From NCBI GenBank assembly GCA_026391215.1, contig JAPLDX010000056.1:32001-96000 (forward strand): a stretch of DNA of 64,000 nt, read 5' to 3'. This document shows, one piece after another, positions 26,214-37,200 of this stretch (within the stretch, counting starts at the first letter, position 1; each line of letters opens with the position of its first letter). A program made the translations under genes and the position numbers. The stretch is from Bacteroidia bacterium. Lineage in GTDB: Bacteria > Bacteroidota > Bacteroidia > Bacteroidales > VadinHA17. The notes beneath the pieces are model-generated. The model searched no databases and had not been told where the DNA came from. It was given only the letters and a program-made list of their open reading frames with translations.

Positions 26214-28454
26214 CTAATCAATAATAGAAAATTCCGTTTTTTTATTATCGGTAGAGTTTGTTCCGATAAAGAGTTCAAAGTCACCCGGATCATAGCTGTA
26301 ACTCATATCCTGATGATAATACGACAGATCTTTCGGGTATATCGTAAAAGATATACTGGCTGTTTCCCCTTTCCTTATCAGGACCTTCATAAAACCCTTC
26401 AGCTCCTTAACAGGTCTTGTCACATCGCCGATAAGGTCCCTGATATAAAGCTGCACAATTTCTTCTCCATCCCTGTCGCCGGTATTTTTCACCTCAACAG
26501 AAGCGATAATCTGTTCAGTTCCCCCGAATGATTGCTTGTTAAGCTTTATATCCGAGTAACTGAATGTTGTATAACTCAATCCGTAGCCAAAAGGATAGAG
26601 CGGAGTATTGGGACTGTCAAGATAATTTGATTTGAACTTCTCATAAGGATTTTCCCGATTTATAGGCCTTCCCGTATTCTTTGAATTATAGAATATTGGA
26701 ATTTGCCCGACATTCAGTGGGAATGTCATGGTGATCTTCCCTGAAGGATTCACGTCTCCGAACAGGACATCAGCAATTCCGTTTCCGGCCTCAGTGCCAC
26801 CAAACCATGTTTCAAGTATTGCCGGAGCCATTTTATCGAGTTTGGGAATTGCAAGAGGCCTCCCATTAAACAGGACTACGGCAACAGGTTTACCTGTCCT
26901 GATTATAGCCTCAGCCAGCTCCATCTGCACTCCTGGCAGGGAGATATCTGTACGGCTGGCAGCCTCGCCGCTCATCATGAAATTCTCTCCAAGGGCGAGG
27001 ATAATGAAATCAGCTTTTTTCGCTGTCGAAACTGCCTGGTTGATCCCGCTCAGGTCGTTATCATTCACATTGCATCCTTTTGCTGTTAATAAATTAACAG
27101 TACTTCCTACCTTGTTCTTAATTCCTTCAACCAGGGTGACAGCTTTATCAAACTGCCCTGCCCCAAACCAGAACCCGAGCATATCCATCTTTGAATCTGC
27201 AAGCGGACCGATCACAGCGATGGTCCTGGCTGACTTCGGAACGGGAAGCGTATTATTATTCTTAAGAAGTACGCATGATTTTGCCACAAATTCCCTGGCA
27301 AACGAGCGGTGCTCAGGAGTCATTATCTCCTCAGCTTCCCTCTTTTTATCACAGTATTTGTACGGATCATCGAATAATCCCAGTTTGTACTTTGCTACAA
27401 GGATCCTGCGAACCGCATTATCAAGTGTCTCTTCACTCACTTTCCCTGATTTCACCAGATCGGTAAGTTGTGTCAGAAATGCGCTTCCCTGCATATCCAT
27501 ATCAACTCCTGCATTCATTGCAAGCTCTGATGCTTGCGAAAGATCCGAAGCGACGCCATGAGGGATCAGCTCATTAAGCGAGCTATAGTCGGTTACGATA
27601 AAACCATCAAATTTCCAGTCATCGCGAAGCAGGTCGGTCAGCAGCCATCTGTTTGACGTTGCCGGAACTCCTGCAATTTCATTGAATGAAGTCATTACAG
27701 AACCGACACCTGCATCCACAGCTGCCTGATATGGAGGGAGATACCATTCATAGAGAGATCTCTCCGACATATCCACCACATGGTAGTCTCTTCCTCCCTG
27801 GGGCGCTCCGTAGGCTGCAAAGTGTTTCACACATGCAAGAACGGTATTATTATCTGACAATGAAGATCCCTGGAAACCTCGTACCCTGGCAGCTGATATC
27901 AGCGATCCCAGGAAGGTATCCTCACCTGCTCCTTCCATCACCCTTCCCCATCTTGGATCACGTGCAATATCTACCATAGGAGCAAATACCCAGTTGAGAC
28001 CCTCAGCCGTGGCTTCAATGGCTGCGATACGCTCTGATTTTTCGATCATTGCAGTATCCCATGATGCTGCCTGTCCAAGGTTTATCGGAAAGATTGTCCT
28101 GTGACCATGAATAACGTCATATCCAAAGATCAGAGGAATATGCAGGCGGGTTTCTTCAACGGCTATTTTCTGAAGATTCCTTACAAAATCCACAGTATAG
28201 GCATTAAAGACAGCGCCGACCTTTCCCTGCCTGATAAGATCAATATAATCATTCCTCATGGTCGGCCCGGTCAGTGACATGTCGCTTGTAAAAAGCGACA
28301 CCTGTCCTATCTTTTCATCGAGAGTCATAAGTTTGATAATGGAATCTGCCTTCTTGTTATAAAGAGATGCAACATCTCCCGGCTTTGTCTTGCAGCTACT
28401 CGCAAACATAATTGTTACAAGAAGGAGGACAATAGGTAATCGTCTGTTTTTCAT
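26214..28454 (-). CDS. bglX: Beta-glucosidase BglX (GH3), lipoprotein
   Basis: Lipobox ASSC; GYDVIHG, RDPRWGR, KHFAAYG, VTDY nucleophile, SGEA acid/base, PLYPFGYGLSYT, FN3-like end. Confidence 0.93.
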   Translation of the reverse strand: MKNRRLPIVLLLVTIMFASSCKTKPGDVASLYNKKADSIIKLMTLDEKIGQVSLFTSDMSLTGPTMRNDYIDLIRQGKVGAVFNAYTVDFVRNLQKIAVEETRLHIPLIFGYDVIHGHRTIFPINLGQAASWDTAMIEKSERIAAIEATAEGLNWVFAPMVDIARDPRWGRVMEGAGEDTFLGSLISAARVRGFQGSSLSDNNTVLACVKHFAAYGAPQGGRDYHVVDMSERSLYEWYLPPYQAAVDAGVGSVMTSFNEIAGVPATSNRWLLTDLLRDDWKFDGFIVTDYSSLNELIPHGVASDLSQASELAMNAGVDMDMQGSAFLTQLTDLVKSGKVSEETLDNAVRRILVAKYKLGLFDDPYKYCDKKREAEEIMTPEHRSFAREFVAKSCVLLKNNNTLPVPKSARTIAVIGPLADSKMDMLGFWFGAGQFDKAVTLVEGIKNKVGSTVNLLTAKGCNVNDNDLSGINQAVSTAKKADFIILALGENFMMSGEAASRTDISLPGVQMELAEAIIRTGKPVAVVLFNGRPLAIPKLDKMAPAILETWFGGTEAGNGIADVLFGDVNPSGKITMTFPLNVGQIPIFYNSKNTGRPINRENPYEKFKSNYLDSPNTPLYPFGYGLSYTTFSYSDIKLNKQSFGGTEQIIASVEVKNTGDRDGEEIVQLYIRDLIGDVTRPVKELKGFMKVLIRKGETASISFTIYPKDLSYYHQDMSYSYDPGDFELFIGTNSTDNKKTEFSIID

Positions 28455-28458
28455 GGGT

Positions 28459-30207
28459 TTATTGTTTAATTATTGAACTTCTCTCACCAATACCGTTTTC
28501 ATTAATCGCCTCAATGGCAAAATAATATAGTTTTTCCTTATCCATAGTTTTCAGCCAGTATTCATTTGCATTGTATACCATTATACAGTTATACAGCTTG
28601 TCAGGGGTAATACCTATGTAAATATTGTATGCATAGGCATTATCAACTCTGTTCCACTTTATCCATGCGCTTCGTTTGTCTTTCTCGGTCCTCAGCACTG
28701 TAAATCCTGTAACAGATGAAGGCGCCTGGCCTGTTCCTTGGCCAAAGACTCTGAATCCGCTGATGCTGAATTTACCTGTGGGCATATGCAGATTTTCCAG
28801 TTTGAGGTATCTCGTCTGAACAGGCCTGGGCAATTCAACATAGTCATGAGGTACATCTGCCATGTTTTTGCTTTTGTCAACCAGAATATTCCACTTTTTA
28901 CCGTCCTTTGATTCAAGTATCCTGTACTGATGATATACTTCGGTTGATTTTCCGAGAAATTCAGCATCCTGGTCCGCATAGTTGATCTGGATTGCCATTA
29001 CTGTTGATATTGTGCCAAGATCAGACTGCATCCATTCGCCGGGATTACCCGTTTCAGCGCTCCAGTATGTTTTAATATCCTCATCTACTGCAAAGTTGGA
29101 ATAATAACTTCCATATGTGGATGATACCATGACAGGTTTGTTGAAATTAAGCAGCATCCAGCCGGTGAAACGGCTCTTAAGATGATCTTCTGTTCCGTCA
29201 GGCAGGTACGTCGGATAATCCCCGAATGCCTGGTTGCAGAACATTATACCGTCTTGATCAAAACCGGCCGGCCAGATGCCAATCCTCCGCTCAAAATTAT
29301 TCTTTACTGAAATTGCTATTGTTGATACATGCCAGTAGTTCTTCCAGTTATCCTGGAATGTCGCACCATGCCCTGCCCCTCTGGCAAATCCGCCGGGCTT
29401 ATAGCTGAAAGGCATCGATTGAGGAGAAAAATATCCCAAGGGATCATCGCCAACCACAACTCCGTCGGCATACCCGCTGAATTCAGTTCCGGGAGCACCG
29501 TATTGCAGGTAATATCTGCCGTTATGTTTTGTCATCCAGGCGCCTTCAATGAATGGATCAAGAAAAGTATCATCATAGTTCTCACCGAAACGCTGCCATC
29601 CATAGCGCCATGGCTCAAGCATGTACATCTCTTTTCTTGTACCGGCAGGCTGTAATGTCTTCCTGTTCAGTTCAATGCCATAAACAGGGTATTTGTTGCT
29701 GCTTCCGTTGTACATGTATAATTTCCCATTATCGTCAGTGAAAAATGCAGGATCCCAACCACCGATTTCGAAAGAATCTATCAGTGGCTTCCAGATATTG
29801 TTTTTCGGATCCGTGCTCATCCAGATTGAAAAAGTCCTGGTATAGGTTGATCCAAAGACCAGCATCGTATCGCTTATTATCCCAACAGCCGGAGCGCACA
29901 GCTCGTCATAGCTGTTGTTCCATGGCCGCAAAAATCTTCTGGAAATATATTTCCATTTAAGCAAATCGCTGCTCCACCAGTATCCCCACTGATTTGTCGA
30001 AAAGAGATAATAATCACCTTTATAATTTACGATAACCGGATCAGCTGTAGCCCTGTGTTTGCCAGCCGCTGTGTAATCCGGAATAGGTGTATATCCATAG
30101 TCAATATTGACTGGGTTGCAATACGTAGTCTGCTTCTGGGCAAAAAGCGGACCTGACAGGCTCAAAAATATTGAAACCGACAGAATTGAATATTTTATAT
30201 TTCTCAT
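28459..30207 (-). CDS. GH43 glycoside hydrolase with discoidin (F5/8 type C) and FN3 domains
   Basis: ADP, WDP, IEG catalytic motifs; GAGHG; AVDEDIKTYWSA..GEWMQSDLG discoidin; C-terminal FN3. Confidence 0.9.
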   Translation of the reverse strand: MRNIKYSILSVSIFLSLSGPLFAQKQTTYCNPVNIDYGYTPIPDYTAAGKHRATADPVIVNYKGDYYLFSTNQWGYWWSSDLLKWKYISRRFLRPWNNSYDELCAPAVGIISDTMLVFGSTYTRTFSIWMSTDPKNNIWKPLIDSFEIGGWDPAFFTDDNGKLYMYNGSSNKYPVYGIELNRKTLQPAGTRKEMYMLEPWRYGWQRFGENYDDTFLDPFIEGAWMTKHNGRYYLQYGAPGTEFSGYADGVVVGDDPLGYFSPQSMPFSYKPGGFARGAGHGATFQDNWKNYWHVSTIAISVKNNFERRIGIWPAGFDQDGIMFCNQAFGDYPTYLPDGTEDHLKSRFTGWMLLNFNKPVMVSSTYGSYYSNFAVDEDIKTYWSAETGNPGEWMQSDLGTISTVMAIQINYADQDAEFLGKSTEVYHQYRILESKDGKKWNILVDKSKNMADVPHDYVELPRPVQTRYLKLENLHMPTGKFSISGFRVFGQGTGQAPSSVTGFTVLRTEKDKRSAWIKWNRVDNAYAYNIYIGITPDKLYNCIMVYNANEYWLKTMDKEKLYYFAIEAINENGIGERSSIIKQ

Positions 30208-30364
30208 TATCAAAATTATAGAAGAATTATTTTTTCGATTTTCTTAAAGGTAAAAAATAGTCAACTGATTAATGCTATTGCCTGTGAAAGCACGACTTTC
30301 AACAATGATCTATATGTTATAAGAAAAGGGCAGTGAAAGTAAGGGAGAAAGGATATTAATTATC

Positions 30365-31252
30365 TTATTTCAGGAAATACCTTAGTCCCAGACTTAAACC
30401 AATTGCCTGAACACTGGCTCCCGAGCTTCCTTCCAGAAGACTGTTCATTTCATCGGCTTTTGAGGATATCATGAAGTTTGGATCCGGACCAGAAGATAAA
30501 ATATTTGAAAGCGCCCTGTTATAATGGCCGCCAATAAGAACCTGCATTTTTTTACTTAAAGAAACAAAGACACTGCCTGAAGCATTAACTGAAAGGCTGA
30601 AAGGTTTCAGCTCCAAATCACCTGTTGCAGTAGTAGGTACATTGCTTGGGAAATAAACCGGTATATCTGAAAGGGTCACATTGTATGTTGCATAATATCC
30701 GGAATAAGAAAATTTTCCGCTTCCATCATAACTTTTAACCAGAGGTATATCAAACCCAATCCCTCCCTGCAGGCAAAAACCAATTTTACCCTCAGCAGGA
30801 AATCGTAGTGATAAGCCCACCGGAATATGAATGTAACCGATCTTATTGTTTTCAACGATTGAAGATCCATTGATGGTCATTACATAAGATTCGTTTTCGG
30901 AATCTTTTGTAGAATAATTATCAGACCATGAAACAAGAGACAGTTGCGACGAGAAGCCGCTATATCCGATTCCAAAGCTTATTCCGGCTGCCCTGGAAAA
31001 GAAATAATCCAGATCCAGAGCCCCATGCAATGATTTTCCGCCACTGGTGCTTAACTCTGATAAGCCAGCTATTTCTCCTGATGAGACTTTGGTCATCGAT
31101 GGATTCAGGTAAATGGTCATACATAGCTTATTCATCTGTCCTCCCGCACGCTTTCTTGATTCGGTACCTTGCGGGAACAATGCTGTATTAAGCGCGGTCA
31201 GCAAGAAGAACAACAGGAAAAAATACTTGCTATTTGATGCTATATTCTTCAT
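30365..31252 (-). CDS. Outer-membrane beta-barrel protein (PorT/OMP_b-brl_2-like)
   Basis: Start moved to MKNIASN (22 nt after the giant gene); signal peptide; YIHIPV strand motif; C-terminal GLSLGLRYF beta-signal. Confidence 0.8.
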   Translation of the reverse strand: MKNIASNSKYFFLLFFLLTALNTALFPQGTESRKRAGGQMNKLCMTIYLNPSMTKVSSGEIAGLSELSTSGGKSLHGALDLDYFFSRAAGISFGIGYSGFSSQLSLVSWSDNYSTKDSENESYVMTINGSSIVENNKIGYIHIPVGLSLRFPAEGKIGFCLQGGIGFDIPLVKSYDGSGKFSYSGYYATYNVTLSDIPVYFPSNVPTTATGDLELKPFSLSVNASGSVFVSLSKKMQVLIGGHYNRALSNILSSGPDPNFMISSKADEMNSLLEGSSGASVQAIGLSLGLRYFLK

Positions 31253-31274
31253 ATTATAATAATTGCTTAAGTAA

Positions 31275-34200
31275 CTATTTAATAACAACAATTTTTGAAG
31301 TGCTGAATAGTTCATTATTGACCAGGACTTCAATTGTATACGTCCCGCTTTGCAGCCCGGGCAGAGCAATTTCGCTATCAAGCTTAAAGTCCAGCTTCTC
31401 GGTCTGAAGTTCAATAACTTTGACCCCGGTCGAATTGTAAAATCTTATCAATGTTCTTCCGTAATCATCGCCGCTGATGCTCAAAGTTATATTCTTACTG
31501 GCCGGATTCGGATATACATATGCCGACTTTGTTCCTGTAATATTAATTGCAGCTGAAGGATTCTGACATCCGTTTTTATCAGTTGCCCAAACATAATAAC
31601 TTCCCGGCGATTTGGCAGTCACATAATATTGCTTTGTTGCGCCGGAAATTGCAATTCCTCCCTTAAACCACTGCCAGCTTGTCAATGAATCACCGACGTT
31701 ATAGCAGATAAGCACATTGTTCCATTTTGCCTTTATTTTAGGAACAACACCTTTTTTCACTTTTGCTGAAACTTCACTGCTGTAAGAACTGGCCATACCC
31801 ACTGTATTCACGGCTGTTACACGGAAATAATAAGTGACTCCGGGTGTTAATCCTGAAATTGTTTTGGCAACACTTGAGATTGTGGACGTGGAGTCAATTT
31901 TTGTAGTTGGACTGGCGGATGTTCCTCCAAAAATAATGTACCGGAGGAAATTCGCATCTGTGATTGCTGTCCAGCTCAGAGTAACCAGGTTATTGCATGA
32001 AGAAGCTGTAAGGCCGGCCGGTGTTGCCGGCGGATTCATCAGTGTTGTAACAGTAATTGTACCCGAATTCAAGCTTGCCCCATAACTATTGGATGCGCGG
32101 ACCCTGTAGTAATAAACAGTGTTCGCTGTAAGTCCGGTCACACTATAGCTGGTTACATTTCCCACATATATGTTGCTAAAGCCAGGGAGGAATGATGAAA
32201 ATGTATTGCTTGTCGAAACATCCAGCTCATAACTGTTGGCATTGGGTGAGCTGTTCCAGTTTGCAGTGAAGCTTGTCTGTACAACACTGGTTGCATCAGT
32301 TGCTACCGGTGCTGCAGGAATGCCAAGGGTAATGGTTTTAATCACGTTTGAATAGACGATGCTTGTTCCTCCTGCATTATATGCACGGAGCCTGTAATAG
32401 TAGATAGAGCCGGAAGTAAGTCCCGAGACATTTGCGCTTGTAATATTACCCACATCCTTACTATTGTAGCCTGTTACAATCGTTGTGAAAGTTGAGTCGG
32501 TTGCGATATCCAGCTTGTATCCTGTTGCCCCTGTTGAGGCTGACCAGTGAGAAGTGAAGCTGGTCTCAGCAATATTGGTTGCTGCACTGGCCACAGGAGC
32601 TGCCAGAAGGTTGAACTGTCCTTCAGCAGCCCATGCACCTCCGGCATAAGCCTGGTCAATTGCCTGCACGCTCCAGTAATATTTCCCCGGAGCCAGGTTG
32701 GTGATAGTGTATCCGTTACTCCTGAGTTCCGCGTTACCTATTGCCGGAATTCTACGGAATCCTGTGCTCACTGAGGCCATCGGACCAACGATACTGCTCC
32801 CTCCCGCTGCAGTTCCAATGCGGATGTTATATGTAAGTGTATTCTGCGGCGTTTTGCTGTCTGTTGCCTTGTTCCAGGTAAAGCTGACCTTGTTCACGCT
32901 GAGTGCAGATGCAAGCAGATTTGTCGGGGCAGATGGCACTGTATTTGCAACAATACTGTTGTTTTTGTATACTTTGGATGTATAAGATCCAGCTAATAAA
33001 ATGTCCAGATCGCCATCATTATCATAATCGCCCCAGGTTACAGAACCATAGTTTATTCCGGTTAAACCTGCATTTATGTCGGTAAAGACTCCTGCATCAT
33101 TCTTATAGATCTTTGAATAACCGGAACCTGTCAACAGAATGTCCAGGTCGCCGTCATTGTCATAATCGCCCCAGGTTACAGAACCATAGTTTATTCCGGT
33201 TAGACCTGCATTTATATCGGTAAAGATTCCTGCATCATTTTTATAGATCTTTGAATAACCACTTCCGGTCAACAGGATATCAAGGTCGCCATCATTATCA
33301 TAATCGCCCCATGCGACTGAACTGTTACTTACTCCGGCTAAACCAGCATTGATATTGGTAAAAACTCCTGTATCATTCCTGTAAATTCTTGAATCACTGT
33401 TGCCTGTTAACAGAATATCCAGGTCACCATCATTGTCATAATCCCCCCATGCAACTGAACTGGCGTTTACTCCGGTTAAACCGGCAGTGATATCGGTAAA
33501 AACTCCTGCATCATTCCTGTAGATTTTTGAAACGGAATTTGATCCGTCATAACCTGTTAATAAGATATCCAGATCGCCATCATTATCATAATCGCCCAAG
33601 GCAACTGAACCATCATATACTCCGGCTAAACCGGCATTTTTATCTGTGAAAACTCCCGCATCATTTTGGTATATATTTGATACATAAAACCAACCAGAGT
33701 TATAATATTCACCAGTCAACAGTATATCCAGATCGCCGTCGTTATCATAGTCGCCCCAGGCAACAGAACTTCTGTATACTCCTTTTAAGCCGGCAATGAT
33801 ATCCGTGAAAACTCCTGCATCGTTCCGATATATTTTTGAGATATAATTTGATCCGTCATCCCCTGTTAATAATATATCCAGATCACCATCGCTGTCATAA
33901 TCACCCCAGGCTACTGAGCCTCTATAAATTCCCGTTAAATTTAACCCAGTTTGTTCAGTAAAGGCAGGAACACTTATTTTCACTTCATTGGTAGCATATT
34001 CAATCGCATTTTTTGTCGACACACATACCACATAGTAAGTCCCGTATGAAGAAAAACCAGGCGTATATGTTGTCCCTGTGGCCCCTGTAATTGTTTGGTC
34101 ATAAGGGCCGCCGCTCACAGTTGAATATTTCCACTGTCTCGATGTTGGAGTGCTTGATTCGGTCACTGTCAGTACAGTACCGTTCTGATTGATCAGCAGG

Positions 34201-37200
34201 GATTGATCAGTAACGGGACTTATTGAATTTGAATAAGAAACAATGAATGAGCCTTCGGCAGCAAAAGCTGATCCTGCAAAATTATTGTCTATCGCCTGTA
34301 CGCTCCAGTAATAGGTGCCTGCCGTGAGGCTTTTTATCGTCCAGGAATTGGCTTGAGCGGCCCCTCTCTGAACTATTCTCCTGTATCCTCCAGGCAGTGC
34401 TGCCATAGGAGACTTCCTGTTCACTGAGCCTGCAATGGTTCCAATATAAACATTATATGTGAGCCCGCTCTGTGCGGTTTTTGTGTCAGTTGATTTATTC
34501 CAGCTCAATGTTACTTTGTTTGCTCCAAGGCTTGCCTGCAGGTTCGTGGGCGCTGCAGGAACAGTATTTGCGGCAGATGTGTTATTCTTGTATACTTTCG
34601 TTACACTACCTGTAGAAATTAAATAACCTGTAAGTAATACATCAAGATCTCCGTCATTGTCATAATCACCAAGGGTAACAGAAGAGTTATATACTGTTGC
34701 CAGTGAGTATCCTGTCAAAGTATTCGTAATATCAATTGTTGTATCACCGTCATTACGGTAAAACTTAGTAATATAAGAATCTAAGTTATCGTCCCAGCCG
34801 TTCAAAATAATATCCAGGTCCCCATCATTATCAAGGTCACCCCAGGCTGCAGTGCTCTCATAAATCCCGATCAATCCAGCATTCATATCTGTAAAGACAC
34901 CTGCATTATTCCTATAGATTTTTGATATGCCGCCTCCGGTAAGCAGGATATCGAGGTCACCATCGCTGTCATAATCTCCCCAGACCGCAGAACAATTGGT
35001 CACACCTGTCAAACCGGCATTGATATTGGTGAAAATGCCATTGTCATTCCGATAAACCAGTGAATTCCAGCTGCCAACTAACAGGATATCCAGGTCGCCA
35101 TCATTATCATAATCACCCCAGGCTGCAACTGAACCGCCGCCTGTTCCGGCTAAACCTCCATTGATATCTGTGAAAATTCCGGCATCGTTCCTGTAGATTC
35201 TCGAAATATCAGTTGATCCGTCATAGCCTGTTAATAAAATATCCAGGTCACCGTCATTATCATAATCGCCCCAGACAGCTGAACCATCCCAGATTCCGGT
35301 TAAACCTGCAGCTATATCTGTGAAAGTGCCGGCATCGTTCCTGTAGATTCTTGAAATGCCATTTGATCCTACATAACCCGTCAATAAAATATCCAGGTCA
35401 CCGTCGTTATCATAATCACCCCATGCAGCAGAGCTCCTGTATACTCCGGTTAAACCGGCACTAATATCATTATAAACGCCAAGATCATTCCTGTAGATTT
35501 TTGATATCGCTCCTGAGCCTGAGTTTCCTGTAAGTAATATATCCAGGTCTCCGTCGTTATCATAATCAGCATACGCGACCGAACCTAAATCCACCCCGGT
35601 CAAAGCGATACCTGTTTGTTCTGCAAAGGCAGGAACACTTATTTTCACCTCATTGGAAGCATATTCAATCGCATTCTTTATTGAAGCACAAACCACATAG
35701 TAGGTCCCGAATGCCGCAAAATTAGGTGTGTAGGTCGTTCCTGTGGCCCCTGAAATTGACTGATCATAAGGACCTCCGCTAACAGTCGAATATTTCCACT
35801 GCCGCGATGTCGGTGTGCTTGACTCAGTGACTGTCAGTACAGTGCCGTTCTGATTTACTCCTAAAACCTGGTCGGCTACCGGAGCAATAGAATTCGAGAA
35901 GGCAACCGTAAATGTCCCTTCAGTTGCAAAGGCTGATCCCGCAAAATTATTGTCTATTGCCTGTACGCTCCAGTAATAAGTGCCTGCGGAGAGCCTGTTA
36001 ATAGTCCAGGAATTGGTTTGAGTAGCCCCGCTCCGGACAATTCTCCTGTATCCGTCAGGCAGAGCTGCCATTGGAGATTTTTTGTTTACTGTGCCTGCAG
36101 TAGTTCCTATATAAAGATTATAAGTGAGCCCGTTCTGCGCAGTTTTTGTGTCTGTTGATTTGTTCCAGGAGAGCGTAACCTTGTTCGCTCCAAGACTTGC
36201 CTGAAGATTCGTGGGTGCTGCCGGAACGGTATTTGCCGGTGATGTGTTATTCTTGTATACCTTTGAAACACGTCCGTAAGAGCTTAAATAACCGGCCAGC
36301 AAAACATCCAGATCCCCGTCGTTGTCATAATCGCCAAGGGCCACAGAAGAGTTGTATACTGCTGCCAGTGAGTATCCTGTTAAAGTATTTGTGATATCAA
36401 TGATTGTGTCAGTGGCATTACGGTAAAACTTAGTAATATAAGAACTTAATGTATTGTTATAGCCGTTTAATATAATATCAAGGTCTCCGTCATTATCAAG
36501 GTCGCCCCAGACCGCAGTGCTCTCACTTACCCCGGTCAGGCCAGCATTGATTTCGGTGAAAATCCCTGCATTGTTGTTATAGACTTTTGATATGCCGCTT
36601 CCGGTAATCAGGATATCGAGGTCTCCATCGCTGTCATAATCGCCCCATGCAGCAGAACCATCCGAGATCCCGGTTAAATCGGCAGTAATATCTGTGAAAA
36701 TTCCTGCATCATTCCTATAGATTTTTGAAACGGAAATTGACCCGTTATAACCTGCTAATAAGATATCCAGGTCTCCATCATTATCATAATCACCCAATGC
36801 TACCGAACTTGAGCTGACTCCGGTTAAACCGGCATTGATATCTGTAAAAGTGCCTGCATCGTTCCTGTAAATCTTTGAAATATAATAGTCACCAGAATTC
36901 CAATAGTAACCTGTCAATAATATATCCAGGTCTCCATCATTATCATAGTCACCCCATGCGGCAGAACTCTCTACAACTCCTATCAAACCTGCGTTAATAT
37001 CATTATAAACGCCTAGATCATTCCTGTAAACCCTTGATAAAAAGTCCGAATTCGAGTATCCGGTCAGCAAAATATCCAGGTCACCGTCACTGTCATAATC
37101 ACCCCATACTACCGAACAATCATCTAATCCTGGTAAAGTGATCCCTGTCTGTTCTGCAAAGGCAGGAACACTTATTTTCACCTCATTGGAAGCATATTCA

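Noticed and set aside
26728-27561. 277-aa plus-strand ORF and other long shadow ORFs (e.g. 54204-54776, 1520-1945)
   Set aside because: Antisense to well-supported genes; no motifs.
26214-30207. Polysaccharide utilisation locus
   Set aside because: Only GH43 and GH3 are present; no SusC/SusD pair or regulator adjacent.
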